From positions 1 through 64,000 of the IMG/VR virus record IMGVR_UViG_3300025000_000061: a stretch of DNA of 64,000 nucleotides; one strand, written 5' to 3'. The stretch comes from a virus. The notes under the pieces are model-generated. The model saw only the letters and a program-made list of their open reading frames with translations. It was not told the DNA's origin and made no database searches. This document shows, one piece after another, positions 1-12,827 of this stretch. The position numbers and the translations under genes were made by a program. Within the stretch, counting starts at the first letter, position 1. Every line of letters starts with the position of its first letter.

Positions 1-745
1 ATTTAGACAAATTAAAAAACCAATATATAAAAAGAATCCTGATTATATTAAATTAACAGGGTATGAAAAATATTCTCAACCTTTTCATTATGAAGTATAT
101 GACTGTGATGGAACGATACTATTTAAATCTGATATAGTTAAAACTGATTTTGAATATTCAAATAATGAGCATTGGAAATTCTTTGACCATTTAGATGAAA
201 TAGAGAAAAAAGCAAAAGGCCAATGTCTAGAATGGCTGAATAATAATTATCCTGATTGGGAAAATGATTTAGCATATTGGGATTAGGAATAATTAATATG
301 AAAAAACTAGACTTAAATGAACTACACAATTTTGCATGGTTATGGTTAGTAGAAGGTGAACAATTTGAAAAGTTAACTTCAGAGCAATCATTGTTCTTGT
401 ATTATGTAATGGTTGTATTGAATAAGGTGAAACAGAGTGAAATGGATATAATTGTTTGGGGATGAAATACAGAGGAATATGTGTGTTGACAAATGTAGAA
501 AAGAGGTTAAGTAATAATATGATTAATATAGATTTACAATATGAAACTATGGAGAAATGTCAGGAGTATTATGATGCCGTAACTGCTGAGATAGGTAAAA
601 AAGGTTTTATATGGTTAAAGAATGAAGAAACAAGGCAATTAATGGTTTATACTAGAGGTGAATATACTGAGCAGATACTTAAATTTCTTAAGAGTTTAAA
701 ATAAATCATGTCCAAATGAGATTTTTATTCAAAGGAGAGAATATT

Positions 746-1189
746 ATGAATTTCATATTAATTGAAAATATTGTTGATACCTTAGTAAATACAAATTTGA
801 TGTTTGACGAAGGAATTAAAAAGACTTGGTATTATAATAATCAAATAAAAGATATATACCCAAATAAACAAGAAATTGAGGTTATTCATAGATTAATTTT
901 TTGGAGTACTCCTAGCCAGTTATGGTCAAAAACATATAAAAAGCCAACTAATGAAGAAAAATATAAACTAGTTGAAAATATTTCTGATAAAGAGAAAATA
1001 GTTCTTAAAGCTTTAATAATTTTGAAATATAATCAAATTTACAGATTGAATCATGTTTTTATTCCTGTAACAGAAACTTATGAAATAGATATTAATGAAA
1101 GAAATCACCCTCAATTATTTTTTTATGGTTTATTTCATAACTTAGAAAGAGAAGTTTTTTATAATATCAATAAATTATTAGAAATATAG
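746..1189 (+). CDS. hypothetical protein
   Basis: ORF; start moved to ATG 746 behind SD AAAGGAG. Confidence 0.7.
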   Translation: MNFILIENIVDTLVNTNLMFDEGIKKTWYYNNQIKDIYPNKQEIEVIHRLIFWSTPSQLWSKTYKKPTNEEKYKLVENISDKEKIVLKALIILKYNQIYRLNHVFIPVTETYEIDINERNHPQLFFYGLFHNLEREVFYNINKLLEI

Positions 1190-2218
1190 ATTATAACATG
1201 ATAGATTGTGAATATGGTCATGATATTAAAGGAGAATAATTTAATGAGTAATAAATATATGTGTGAAGGTTTAGGTCATAAAAATGATTATTGTTGTTAT
1301 ATGATTAGTCCAATATTATGTAAAGGGTGTCCTTACTTTGAAAAAGAATGGCAATATAAAATAAAACAAAGTCAATTTACATATTGTATAATCTATGAAA
1401 AAAAACCTATAAATGTCCTTATAAAACAATAAGAAAAGAATTTATAAAATAATAGAGGGAGATGTTATAATGAGTCATTCAATATTTAAAATTAATTTTG
1501 ACACTCAAAAACATACGGTATTATATGAATGTATAAGTAATATTAAAGATGCAGAATTATTAGCACAATTAGCAATGGTTAATAAAAGTGTTGATGATTT
1601 AATTTTTATAAGTGCAGGATGGAATAGAGGTATAGAAAATAATCCTGAAGAATATGAAAAGGCATTAGAATTAGCAGAGAAATATAAATGTGAAAGGAGT
1701 AAATAAATATGAAAGAAATTAAACCGTTTTTTATATCATGTTCAATAGAAAAAGTAAGATACATGAGAGGTGAATTTATTTACAATCATCCTATAAATTT
1801 ATCTCTTTGTATAAGCATAAGTAAAAGTAATTATTCTTGGTATCCTGATAATATTGGGAAACCATCTATAAAATTAAATGGTTGTGATCAAGAATGGGTT
1901 TACAATAATGAAGAAGAAAGAGAAATTGATTATTTGAAAATTGTCAATAATGAATATTAATTATAAAAGGAGATATAATTACATTATGAATAATAATTCT
2001 CACAAAGATATCAAAGGTAGTCATTTAGCACCCAATGAAATATGTGAATATTATTATAATTGTAAAATAGAAAATTGTGAAGGTAAGAATAAAAACAGAA
2101 ATAATAAATTAAGTTGTGGATTACGGAGAGCGTTTTTAATGTCAGATGGTTACGAAGTTGAATATGGCTGTATTAATAATAAATTAAAATAATAATTATA
2201 GAAAGGAGATGATTAACT

Positions 2219-2539
2219 ATGCTAAATAAAATCATGCAAGAATTTAACTTAAAACATGATTGGTGTTCTGATTATGATGTTTATGTTTGTAAAAACGATA
2301 ATTTACTAATTCAATTCATAAATCCTCATAATGGTACAGATTGGAAATATTGTTTAAGAGCAGATTTTCCAGAGACACTTGATAGATGGGGAGTATGTTT
2401 GTTTGAAGAATCATTTGAATATGATGAATTAGACATAGTTATTGAGAAATTGAGGGAGTTTGTTAATGATAAAGAGAGTATTATTAAGAAGCAAAAAGAA
2501 AAATATCTAGAATTGTATGATGATGATTATAAATTATAA
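2219..2539 (+). CDS. hypothetical protein
   Basis: 106-aa ORF with SD AAAGGAG. Confidence 0.75.
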   Translation: MLNKIMQEFNLKHDWCSDYDVYVCKNDNLLIQFINPHNGTDWKYCLRADFPETLDRWGVCLFEESFEYDELDIVIEKLREFVNDKESIIKKQKEKYLELYDDDYKL

Positions 2540-3079
2540 TAAAAGAAAAGGAGAGATTAATTATGAGCGACGAAGTATATTATAAAATTTATTATTTAGA
2601 TCGTGAAGATCATGTAACTGTAGTTTGTATGCAAGATTTTGATGAATATGATTATATACAAGAACATTTCTTTAAAGATGAGAATGGAGAAATATTAAAA
2701 TTTGAATGGGAACATGAAGCAATTCAATGGCTTATAGATAACGTAAAGGAAGATAAGGTTGATCCTGAGTATAAGCAATATGGATTTAATCAGAGTAAAT
2801 ATATGAAATAATATAGGAGGTAGTTATATGTTAAAATATCTACATTTACAATTTATTAAATTAAAATCATTAATAAATAAAGATATAATAATATGTGCTA
2901 TTGATAAAAAAAATAATATGTCTTACATTATTAAAAATGGTAGTATTGTAGATACTATTCCGATAAGTAATAATATAATTAGAGGCAAACGAAGTAAGAT
3001 ACCACTATTCTACGATGAATTTGAATATAATAAAGAGAATTTAGATAAGGTAATTAAAGAATACATAATATAATAAAGG

Positions 3080-3472
3080 ATGTTAATTAATATGCTCATT
3101 CCATTAAATAAAATAAAAGACACTTCAAATGATTTCTATCAACCATTAACTCAATGGGAATGCATTATAAAAGGTATTTATGCTGGTGTTAATGGTTTTT
3201 ATCATTGTAAAATAGTTAGATATTATAGTGTTTGTAGTATTGATGATATGGAATACGCTATGATTGATTTTATTGTAGAAGTTAATTTTGGAGAAACTGA
3301 GGAAATATCTAAAAATGTTATATTATCACAAAGTATAACTTGTTCTGCACATAGGATAGGTGGTACTAATATGGATATTAGGAAAAGACATGATAATCTT
3401 GAATCTGCAAAAAGATTTGCTAAATCATTAATCAATGAGAAGCAAGGAAGAATGAAATGGATTAAAACATAA
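3080..3472 (+). CDS. hypothetical protein
   Basis: 130-aa ORF (start may be 3092). Confidence 0.7.
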   Translation: MLINMLIPLNKIKDTSNDFYQPLTQWECIIKGIYAGVNGFYHCKIVRYYSVCSIDDMEYAMIDFIVEVNFGETEEISKNVILSQSITCSAHRIGGTNMDIRKRHDNLESAKRFAKSLINEKQGRMKWIKT

Positions 3473-3530
3473 TAAAAGATTGATTTGGTCATGACATACG
3501 ATTCAATAAACCCTTTGTTTATAAGGGTTT
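3472..3530 (-). repeat. Composite site (reverse orientation): core ATAAA-N8-TTGGT-CATGAC plus 23-bp palindrome AAACCCTT-N7-AAGGGTTT
   Basis: Core 3472-3489, palindrome 3508-3530, 18-bp gap as in six other copies. Confidence 0.8.
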
Positions 3531-3557
3531 TTGTTTTATATAATTTAAATATTTATA

Positions 3558-3606
3558 AGAATACTAAAATAAATATGTTGACATTGTATTTCTTATATGT
3601 TATCAT
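3558..3606 (+). promoter_or_regulatory. sigmaA promoter with upstream AGAATACTAAAATAA motif
   Basis: Motif 3558-3572; TTGACA 3578-3583, 17 bp, TGn-TATCAT 3601-3606. Confidence 0.8.
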
Positions 3607-3642
3607 TAATTAATTAATTAATCCAATCGAGGAGGAATACAT

Positions 3643-4119
3643 ATGATTACACAAGAACAATTTAATAAACTCGAAATGGAATATGGTTGTGGATACTGGA
3701 ATATATGTTGGGAACATGCTTGCCCTTGTGCTATTACTATTGAGAATAAAGGATTAACAAAAGAAATATATGATAGTTTAGTAGAAGAAGCAAGAGAAAT
3801 TGTTGAGATGGATGAGCAACAAAACGATGATTACTATGAAGAATACGGAGAAGAAAATAGTTTAGAAGATATTTTCTATGAAGATTATGAACAAGATTGG
3901 TTTGAGGAAGAAGATTTATTAATAAATTTTACTGAGAAGCAATTACCATTATATGAAAAAGCTGTTCAGGAATTTGGTGACGATACACTTTTTATTAGTG
4001 ATGAAACATATCATAGCAATGGATTTAGACTTGAAGGATATTATTCATTAAGAACAAAAGAGCATAAAGATAGACATGAATTTTGGAATTTATTTGATTC
4101 AATAAGAAAATCATTTTAA
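3643..4119 (+). CDS. acidic hypothetical protein
   Basis: 158-aa ORF, SD GGAGG. Confidence 0.8.
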   Translation: MITQEQFNKLEMEYGCGYWNICWEHACPCAITIENKGLTKEIYDSLVEEAREIVEMDEQQNDDYYEEYGEENSLEDIFYEDYEQDWFEEEDLLINFTEKQLPLYEKAVQEFGDDTLFISDETYHSNGFRLEGYYSLRTKEHKDRHEFWNLFDSIRKSF

Positions 4120-4370
4120 GATATAAAAAGGAGAAAAATACAATGAAAACTATTAAACAACAAAATAAATTCGATGAACAATTATTCAGAAGATACAAAA
4201 AGGCATTAGAAGGTTTAACCGTTGGTGGTTCTGAATATTATAATAATCCTAAAAGATGTGCTGAGTATGTAAGGAGTAGGTTAGATGGTCACGTTAAAAC
4301 AATAAAAAGGTTAATTAAAGAAAGAAATGATAGTAGGAATAAGAATAAATAAAATAAAGGAGAGATACAT

Positions 4371-4913
4371 ATGTTAGTAGATATTAATTTTAAGCAAAGT
4401 TTAATTGACGAATACAGAAAAAAGATTGAAGAACATTGTACACCTGAAAAATTTGAAGAAATCAAAAATCATATACCTAAAAATCTTAATGATATATTTC
4501 ATAGAATAGACACAGGTATATATTATACTGGGTTAAATTTTAATCACAGAATTAAATTACTCTCAACTAATAAAATTAAAGATAAATTTGAAAGTTTTAC
4601 TTTTATGAAACGAGTAAATGGAGAAGTGGATTGGGAATACATCCGTAAGTGTATTAAAGAAGGTAAGGAGCATAAAGACAATTATGGTGTATGTGACAAT
4701 TATCAACAAGTATTAGATCGTTATCCAGAATTAAATGATGTTAATAGGAAATTTGTGTTGTCCTTATGTAAGATCAGTAAAAAAGAAAATAGTGGTTGGA
4801 GATGGCATAAATGGGGAAAGTATATAGGCGTTCAAAATTCTCAATGTGAGTATATTGATGATGAATCTGAGATTGAAGAAGTTTATGTTTATCATATTTA
4901 TGAAATGGAATAG
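4371..4913 (+). CDS. hypothetical phage protein (GWRWHKWGxYIG motif)
   Basis: 180-aa ORF, SD AAAGGAG, motif I recognise from phage proteins. Confidence 0.8.
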   Translation: MLVDINFKQSLIDEYRKKIEEHCTPEKFEEIKNHIPKNLNDIFHRIDTGIYYTGLNFNHRIKLLSTNKIKDKFESFTFMKRVNGEVDWEYIRKCIKEGKEHKDNYGVCDNYQQVLDRYPELNDVNRKFVLSLCKISKKENSGWRWHKWGKYIGVQNSQCEYIDDESEIEEVYVYHIYEME

Positions 4914-5439
4914 GAGGAATTACATAATGTTTGCAACAGACCAACAAGGATGGGATACTTTTGATATGGCAGGTGTATTATCAAATATACCTGATAGTAT
5001 GAAATATATATTTGCAGAAATAATTCGTAGTACTATGACAAGTAGAGAATTAAATCAAGAAATTAAGGATATATTGATTTATGCTTGTTATCATAGTACG
5101 TTATCTTTTGATGATAAAGAAGTGTTAAGTTGGTAATAAGGAGTTAAAAATATGAAAAAATATTTTAAAATTAATGATAAACATACTATCATTATCGAAG
5201 ATACTTGTTCAAATAATTATTATTATGCTGTTATAGCAAAAACTATATTTACTATAAATATACCTTTTACTAATGGGTGCTATACATTATTTAGTAAGAT
5301 AAAATATTATGATATGCCATATTATCATGGTATGGATTTTAAAGAGGAATGTAATAAAATATATGAAATGTATATTAAGGAATTACAAGATAAGAAGGAT
5401 AAATATGAATTGTTAAAGAATTTATAAAGGAGATAAATT

Positions 5440-5874
5440 ATGCAATTAAAATATGGTGGAGAGCGTAAAGTATTTATATTTGATAAAATAGTAATCAAAA
5501 TTCCTTATACATGAAAAGGATGGTTGTCAAATGTTAATGAAATTTATAATTGGCATACATACAAAGAATTAAGATATATTATGTGTCCTATATTGTTTCA
5601 TGATCTATTAGGAATATTTATAGTAATGCGAAAGGCAAATCAAGATAATTTAAAAGAATATGAAAATTATTTAAACACAATAATGAATAAACACAAAGTA
5701 ATATATGATAATACAGAGTATCCACATCCTGTATTGAATGATAAACACCATTCTAATTTAGGTGTATATGAGGGTAAATTAGTTAAAATAGATTACGGAA
5801 ATTGGTATTGGTTATATAATATATATGTAGATATTAAAAACAAATTAAATAATATAAGGAGGAAAATAATATGA
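5440..5874 (+). pseudogene. ORF interrupted by in-frame TGA (5512-5514); weakly kinase-like (VIKIP...KIDYG)
   Basis: SD and ATG at 5440 are in frame with ORF 5524..5874; single TGA in KIPYT*KGW. Confidence 0.6.
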
Positions 5875-7043
5875 TAATCAAGAAAACAGAATTTGAAGGT
5901 ATTATGCATGGAAATGGTGAACAAACTATATTTGCAGTAACGGAAGATAGTTTTATGAATATATTTTTTGATTATCCACAGAAATATGATAGAGATTCTA
6001 GGTATGAAAACTTATATGAATTGTTGCCTGAACATTGCTATCCAGAATTAGAAGATGGTAAGATGTATAAGTTTGAGATAATTGTTAAGGCAATACCTAT
6101 TGATAAATAACATGATAAAAGCAATTTTTCATGCAAACTTAAATTAAATTTAGGAGGAATAAAATATGAAAATTCAAGATTATGTAAATCAAGGTATAAA
6201 CGTAGTAGATAGCATGAGAGGATTAAGAAAAACTACATACTCAGATACTTATATTTCTATTGTATTTCCCAATGGATACGTTGCGAGTATTTCTATAAGA
6301 GACAATAAATATTCAGTTGCCACTTGTGATTATGATGGTTATTTTGATTGGGATATATTAAAGCAATTTAAAAATAGTGATAGTGGTGCAGTTAGTTGTG
6401 ATACCGAAGATGAAGTATGTAGTATATTAAAATTTATTAAGGAATTGAGAGGTAGATAACCATGAATAATACTCAGAAAATACTAAATAAGATTATTAAT
6501 TTCATAGATGATTATTATAAAATAGCACCTATATTTTACAAAGATTGGTTAGATAAATATGGAATTAGTAATTTCAATTTTATAAATTATATATCTTTTA
6601 AAGAAGAGAATGAGGATATTGAAGAATATTTAAATTATTGTTTGTATATGCTTGAAGAATGTGAAAGACAATATCCTAAAGGTAGTGAGATTGTAGGATT
6701 TCAAATTGCTGATGTTATGAGAATGATGGCAGAAAGTAAAGAGTTGAATGGATTGTAAAGAGAGAGAAAAGGAGGAATACATATGAAATTAACAATAGAG
6801 AAAGAATTAAATCAAATTAATAATTTTAAGAAAAGTGAAGAAATAGAAGTAAAAGAAATAAAATTAGAAATAGGCAATATTACATTGTGTATAACTGAAC
6901 ATCAATTAGGATTGCCGTTAAATAAACCATATATTAATATAATAACTGATAGTGTAGTATATAGTATGGATTTAGATGCATTTATTAATAAAGGTATAAG
7001 TTAATACAAAGAGAATTTTAATCACAAAAAAGGAGCAAATAAT

Positions 7044-7409
7044 ATGAAAAAGTCAGATTTAAAAAATGGAATGATAGTAAAAACAAATGGTGACGATTAC
7101 GGAGTAGTTATAATTAAAGATTCTACAAATGAGAATTGTATAAAATTTTTATATTGTCCTAGATATTTAGTAGATAACGGTTGTTTGTTGAATAGTAATT
7201 TTGGTATAGTACATCCATTAGATGAATTAGATGATAATTTAAACTTTTATCATATTGTTACTGAGAATGATTTAGAACATTTTATAGATTCTAAAGTAGG
7301 AGATAAAATAATATTAGGACAAATAATTGAAGTGTTTGACTTAAATAGAATATGGATAAGAAATAATTTACAACCAACTCCTAGCGGGTTAATGGGAGAT
7401 TGTGAATAA
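7044..7409 (+). CDS. hypothetical protein
   Basis: 121-aa ORF with SD. Confidence 0.75.
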   Translation: MKKSDLKNGMIVKTNGDDYGVVIIKDSTNENCIKFLYCPRYLVDNGCLLNSNFGIVHPLDELDDNLNFYHIVTENDLEHFIDSKVGDKIILGQIIEVFDLNRIWIRNNLQPTPSGLMGDCE

Positions 7410-7423
7410 AGGAGGAAAAATTT

Positions 7424-7726
7424 ATGTATTATAGAGGAATGGAAATAATAGGAAATGATATTTTAAATTATAAATATCCCCATAATTTTAGTATAGATGA
7501 TATTATCAATGAATTATCTAAAGATAATAATAAAAAAGTTAAAAAACATTTATTATGGATGTTAGGGAAACATTTAAATCATATGAAAGAAACTATAAAT
7601 AAACACGAAGAAGTTATAAATAAACTTGTTAATTATATTAATAGGGTTGATAGAATGGTTTCCATGATGGATCATAGTGGTACAGCTAGAAATCTCGTTA
7701 ATAAACATAATTATGATTGGAGATAA
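7424..7726 (+). CDS. hypothetical protein
   Basis: 100-aa ORF with SD. Confidence 0.75.
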   Translation: MYYRGMEIIGNDILNYKYPHNFSIDDIINELSKDNNKKVKKHLLWMLGKHLNHMKETINKHEEVINKLVNYINRVDRMVSMMDHSGTARNLVNKHNYDWR

Positions 7727-7750
7727 ATAATTCAAAATCTATGATCCTAC

Positions 7751-7809
7751 AAACCATTGATTTTATTGGGTTTGTAGACTTGTAAATTATGACAAAAGAG
7801 ACATTTTAT
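7751..7809 (+). repeat. Composite site: 23-bp palindrome plus ACAAA-N8-TTTAT core
   Basis: AAACCATT-GATTTTA-TTGGGTTT 7751-7773; core 7792-7809. Confidence 0.85.
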
Positions 7810-7832
7810 TCAAACTTTAAGGAGGAAATATA

Positions 7833-8276
7833 ATGAGAGATAAAATAAGATTGAATGCCAGTTTTCCATTATTTACTGATGAATTTATGAAAAAATTTTT
7901 ATTAGATGTTAAAAATACTATTGACAATGAAGATATATTGTATGAACATTCTACTAATAATACTAATATATTTGTTTATAAATTAGATGAAGCAGAAGTA
8001 TGTATTAGCAACATGCATTTTTGTTTAGAATTTAATCCAGAGAATATTAACATAAGAAAATTTATTGATACGTTAAGGTGTGAATATAATAAATTAAAAA
8101 TTATTTATGAACACTTGGATACATTGTATAAATTTACTATCTACACACCTTATGCCTACAATGATGAAATCAAAAATCAATTAATTGAATTAGGAATTAT
8201 ATTTGAGGAAAATAAATCATGTAGGGATAATACAATGTATTTTACGGTTCATAGTCAAGTAAAGTTTTATAATTAA
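7833..8276 (+). CDS. hypothetical protein, paralog of 34419..34859
   Basis: Shared MRDKIR...FMK.FLL..KN.ID.EDIL.EH sequence. Confidence 0.8.
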   Translation: MRDKIRLNASFPLFTDEFMKKFLLDVKNTIDNEDILYEHSTNNTNIFVYKLDEAEVCISNMHFCLEFNPENINIRKFIDTLRCEYNKLKIIYEHLDTLYKFTIYTPYAYNDEIKNQLIELGIIFEENKSCRDNTMYFTVHSQVKFYN

Positions 8277-8443
8277 AGGAGGAGATTATATTGAAAAACA
8301 AAAGAAGACAACTAACACTATTAGAAAGTATTAAATTTAATATTTACATTGACAAATTAGGCATAACCAATATGCTTATCTATGAAGCAATATTAGAAGA
8401 TTATCTTGATGGTTATATAAAAATATAAAGGGAGGAATTATTA

Positions 8444-8764
8444 TTGGAATTAAGCAATAATGATATTTATGAATATATCAACAAATTAAATTTTAATGAA
8501 GGTTATGAATTGATTAAAAATTTAGTAAATATAATTAACAATAATATTAGTAAAGATAATAGTTATCAATTAACAAATATTAAACTAGGAACAATAAATC
8601 CTTATATAATTGATGTTTCATTAAAAGATATAAGAGAAAATGTTAATTATGGTTCTTTTTTATTAGATAGATTAGAGGGACAAAAACAGGCAGAGTGTAA
8701 TTATACAAATAGTTTAGATTGGCATACAAGAATTCAATATGATAAGTTTCATAAAGAAGGATAG
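8444..8764 (+). CDS. hypothetical protein
   Basis: TTG start with SD GGAGG. Confidence 0.7.
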   Translation: MELSNNDIYEYINKLNFNEGYELIKNLVNIINNNISKDNSYQLTNIKLGTINPYIIDVSLKDIRENVNYGSFLLDRLEGQKQAECNYTNSLDWHTRIQYDKFHKEG

Positions 8765-9004
8765 AAAGGATTGATTAATTCATGACTAGATTACAGGCAC
8801 TAGAAGCAATGAAACAGGGACATAAAGTAACTCATAGATATTTTATACTCCAGACGAATATTTGTATATGGTAGATGATAATATTAAATCAGAAGAAGGT
8901 TATAACTTCGATGATTGGTTTGAAGATGGAACTGAATGGAAGGAAGATGGATGGAGTATTTATTGATAAATATATAGTTATAAAATATAAAGGAGGAATT
9001 AATT

Positions 9005-9610
9005 ATGGGATTATACGATATATTTTTAGGTGAAGTAAAATGTCCTTATTGCGGAGAAATACATGAATTTGAAGATCAAACAAAATCTTATGAATGTTCA
9101 TTAGAAAATTTTCATATAGGAGATTATGTAGATAGAGGTAATGCCAATTACATTCATAAATTTAAATGGTGGTGTGATAATGATAGAAGTAAATTATTTG
9201 ATATTGGTATTGCTATTCGTAAAGGACAAATAATTAAATTTCTTATAAACGATGAAATAGAAACAATTAATATTATGGATTTAGATAATATTGAAGATGG
9301 ATTAGGTAGAAGATTGCTTTATGAAAAAACATGTAAAGAAGCAGATGGATACCCAAAAGAAGAATTAAAATATGAATTAAATCCATATTCTGAAAGTTAT
9401 AAATTTATTGCATTTGGTGTTGAATGGGAGATAAATAAATTTTATATGCAAAGAAAAGCATTTTTTGTTGGTGATATGGAATATTATTATGAAATTAAAT
9501 CTAAAGAGCATGGAATGAGAATTATGAAATCTATTAATATGTATGGTGAAGGTAAGATGGAGATTGTTAGTTTAGAATTTGCAGAGAAATATAAGGAATT
9601 ATATTTTTGA
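9005..9610 (+). CDS. hypothetical Zn-ribbon protein (CPYC...QTK)
   Basis: 201-aa ORF, SD AGGAGG. Confidence 0.8.
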   Translation: MGLYDIFLGEVKCPYCGEIHEFEDQTKSYECSLENFHIGDYVDRGNANYIHKFKWWCDNDRSKLFDIGIAIRKGQIIKFLINDEIETINIMDLDNIEDGLGRRLLYEKTCKEADGYPKEELKYELNPYSESYKFIAFGVEWEINKFYMQRKAFFVGDMEYYYEIKSKEHGMRIMKSINMYGEGKMEIVSLEFAEKYKELYF

Positions 9611-9666
9611 TAAAATAATCGGTGCAATATTATTTAATTTTCTCTTGCAAATAATCAAATTTTATC

Positions 9667-9695
9667 TTGACATTCTAACAGAATACTAATATAAT
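9667..9695 (+). promoter_or_regulatory. sigmaA promoter containing AGAATACTAATATAA motif
   Basis: TTGACA-17-TATAAT; motif 9680-9694. Confidence 0.85.
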
Positions 9696-9990
9696 AATAT
9701 TAAAAAAAGGAGGTGAGCAATACATGAAAAATATTAAAATCAAAGTAGTAGAATCAGAAAGAGGTTATATCCTAACTGCTAATGGTTGTAAATATCATTT
9801 AGGCACTACTTAGATAAAGATTGTGCAAATGAAATTGCTTTAAGGGATGCAAAATATTATGGCTGTCAAGTTGAATTAGCGTAAGGTTAATATATTCTGC
9901 TTTGGTAAATTTCTGCTAGGGCAGATAAAATAAATAAAGGGGAAAAATTTATACTAATAGACAATACTATAATGAAAGGAGATAAATTAG

Positions 9991-10314
9991 TTGAGATTAG
10001 ATACATATTTTATAATTCTTGCAATTATATTTGCGGTAATATTTATACATTTTCTTGTAAAAGAAAAAATAAATATTGCAATACCATTTCTTATATTATT
10101 TTTATCATGTTCTTTTATTATATTGCCAATACAAGATAAACAAAATGCAATAGTATTTAAAAAATCTACAATAGAACAACTTAAAAATACAGAATATAAA
10201 GATTTTAAAATAGATAATAATTATTCAAATTCATCAAGTATAAAAATTTATATGAATAATAAAGCATATATTGTGAAAAGAGAATATGGTAAATTAGTAT
10301 TTATAGAGAATTAA
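9991..10314 (+). CDS. membrane protein, hypothetical
   Basis: Two N-terminal hydrophobic segments, SD AAAGGAG. Confidence 0.7.
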   Translation: MRLDTYFIILAIIFAVIFIHFLVKEKINIAIPFLILFLSCSFIILPIQDKQNAIVFKKSTIEQLKNTEYKDFKIDNNYSNSSSIKIYMNNKAYIVKREYGKLVFIEN

Positions 10315-10819
10315 AAGAAATAATAAAAAGGAGAGATGATACATAAATGACTATAGATAAAGATTTACTAAAACTTGCAGAATTCTACGGGATTGAAATT
10401 ACAGAAGGAAATGGAGGTGTTATAATAATGCCAGATGGTACAGAGAAATTGTTTAGTGAATTGTTAGATGAAGAATTACTTGAAATTATGAGTTTGAATT
10501 ATATTTTGAGTTGATAAAAAGTAGAGATAGATGAATAAAATTAATATCGAATATAAAATTAATGATTATAAATTAGTTGATAGTAAATCCATATTAGATG
10601 TATAATATAGAAAGGAGATTGAAATATGTTAGCACTAGAATCAATATCTGATAATAATAAGATATTAATAACCAAAGGTAAGAAGTATAGAATAGGGAAA
10701 GAAAGTTATAATTATCATATTAAATATTATGTTATTGATGATTATGGAGAAAAATTATATATATCAAAAGAAGAAGTTGTATTTAAATTTAAACTATCAG
10801 GTAAGGAACATGAAAGGGT

Positions 10820-11386
10820 ATGATTAAAATGATTAACTTCGTATTTGACTTACCAAGAAAAAGTGACATACTAGATTCAAAATCATTATGTGTGCTTGCA
10901 ATTAGCAAAGATGAAATATTAACTAGAGATTTTAGAAGAGTAGACAAATTTATGAAATTATTACAAGAATGTAAAATATCCTCTCGTCAAAAAGTTATGA
11001 TAACATTCATGGGATATGACAATACGCCACAAGAAATATATGAAATTAAAGCAATAAGAAGATTTACAGAGAAGTTATTTCGTAAATATCCATATATTTT
11101 ATATTTTATTAATAACTTCGAATCTAATGCAGGATTATTATTAGCGTGTATTGCTGATATTAAGATGCAAGTAGATATAGATAGAAAACCATTTGTTGAT
11201 TATATGGGTAGTAAGGAGAAATTTATAAATAGACCACAACAATCAGTTGAAGTTAGTTTACCAGAAGCTAAATGTATAGGTATAATTAATGATATTGTTG
11301 AATATGGGTTGAAAATTGGTGAGAGTGAAGCAAGAATGAAGGAATTAATTAATAGTATCCCATTATTGGGCAAATATTTGAAATAG
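10820..11386 (+). CDS. CRR6/DUF1817-like domain protein
   Basis: ITFMGYDNTPQEIYEIKAIRRF...YPYILYF resembles the family signature. Confidence 0.55.
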   Translation: MIKMINFVFDLPRKSDILDSKSLCVLAISKDEILTRDFRRVDKFMKLLQECKISSRQKVMITFMGYDNTPQEIYEIKAIRRFTEKLFRKYPYILYFINNFESNAGLLLACIADIKMQVDIDRKPFVDYMGSKEKFINRPQQSVEVSLPEAKCIGIINDIVEYGLKIGESEARMKELINSIPLLGKYLK

Positions 11387-11402
11387 TAAAGGAGAGAATA
11401 AT

Positions 11403-11792
11403 ATGAAACCAACACAAATAAAATGTGAATTAATAGGTCTAGAAAGAAGAAAAGATAATAAAGTAGGTACAATCATTATACTAAAAGAATTAGCGAACAA
11501 TACTAAACATGAAATAATCGTTGATGAATCATTAGGTAGAGTTAAACCAAGATTAATTCAACAATATTATGGTGATTCAAGGGATGGTATTTATTTAACC
11601 AGAAATATGACCAATATTGATATTAATACTCAAGGTGATATTTGGGATATTAATCAAGAGGATTGGATTTGGTATACATTTAGTAAGGAAGATGTTTTGA
11701 AAAATGTTATTGATAAGGATAAAGTGTCTATCCCTATTGATTATGAGAAGATTAAAGAAATTGCTGAAGGATTAAAACCGGGAAATAGATAA
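11403..11792 (+). CDS. hypothetical protein
   Basis: 129-aa ORF with SD. Confidence 0.75.
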   Translation: MKPTQIKCELIGLERRKDNKVGTIIILKELANNTKHEIIVDESLGRVKPRLIQQYYGDSRDGIYLTRNMTNIDINTQGDIWDINQEDWIWYTFSKEDVLKNVIDKDKVSIPIDYEKIKEIAEGLKPGNR

Positions 11793-12338
11793 ATTATATA
11801 GTGATAATGAAAAGTAAATCTATTAAATATAAAAGGAGATATATTATGAATAAAATAATTGAAAAATGTGCATGGTGTGAAGAAGATTTATCTATGTTTC
11901 AAAGTTTAAAATTTGAAGGTAAATTAATAAATTGTCCATTATGCAATAATCAATATTTAGTAGAATATGATGATAATTGTTATAGTTATCTTCTTAAGAA
12001 ATGCATAAATGGAGAAACAGTTAATAGTATATGTATTAAAAGATATTCAAATAAAAAATAAGGAATGGTGAATTATATGAATGAATATGTTCTAGATCAA
12101 GAAGTTAATAAACTTTCAGTAAAAGATATGAAAACTGCATATTATGAATTGAAAGAACTTTCTGAAACAGGAATATTAGTAAATGGGATTGTTAGAGATA
12201 TTTTACGTAAATCTCAATTACAAAATCCATCTTTAAGTATTACTAATGTTCAATTAGCAATCTATGATAAATTAATTGAAAAATTAATATCATTATAAAT
12301 TCGTGAATTTATAATGATATTTTAAGGAGGAATGTTTA

Positions 12339-12827
12339 ATGTCTAAAATATTTAAATGTAATTATTGTGGTAAAAAATTTACGATGGAATATTATGAAGG
12401 TGGATATATAGATCATGAAAATTTTTGTAGAAATGTAAGTAATAGAGATGCGGAAGATATTATTGGAATGCTTGAAGAAGAAAAAGGATCTTCGGATTGT
12501 ACAATAAGCGTTCAGCAAAATAAATTAGATAGTTTGCTTAAAAGAAAAGATGTAAAACAAGATGTTAAAGATTCAGTTAAAAAACATTTTGACGAGAAAT
12601 ATGAATTTTTAAGAAATATTTTTAATGAAGATTTTATTGAAAAATTTAATTTTTATGTAAAAGATATTAATAAATTATTGAAATTTTCAAAAGAAATGGA
12701 CTTAAAGAACAAAGAATTTCAAATTGTGTATTTAGAAAGTTATCCAAAATCATATTTGTCATGGGCAGAAAAACCAAATATAGCAATAGTTATTGATGGT
12801 AATGGTTATTTATTATTAAATAAATGA
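12339..12827 (+). CDS. hypothetical protein with N-terminal CxxC
   Basis: 162-aa ORF, SD AGGAGG. Confidence 0.75.
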   Translation: MSKIFKCNYCGKKFTMEYYEGGYIDHENFCRNVSNRDAEDIIGMLEEEKGSSDCTISVQQNKLDSLLKRKDVKQDVKDSVKKHFDEKYEFLRNIFNEDFIEKFNFYVKDINKLLKFSKEMDLKNKEFQIVYLESYPKSYLSWAEKPNIAIVIDGNGYLLLNK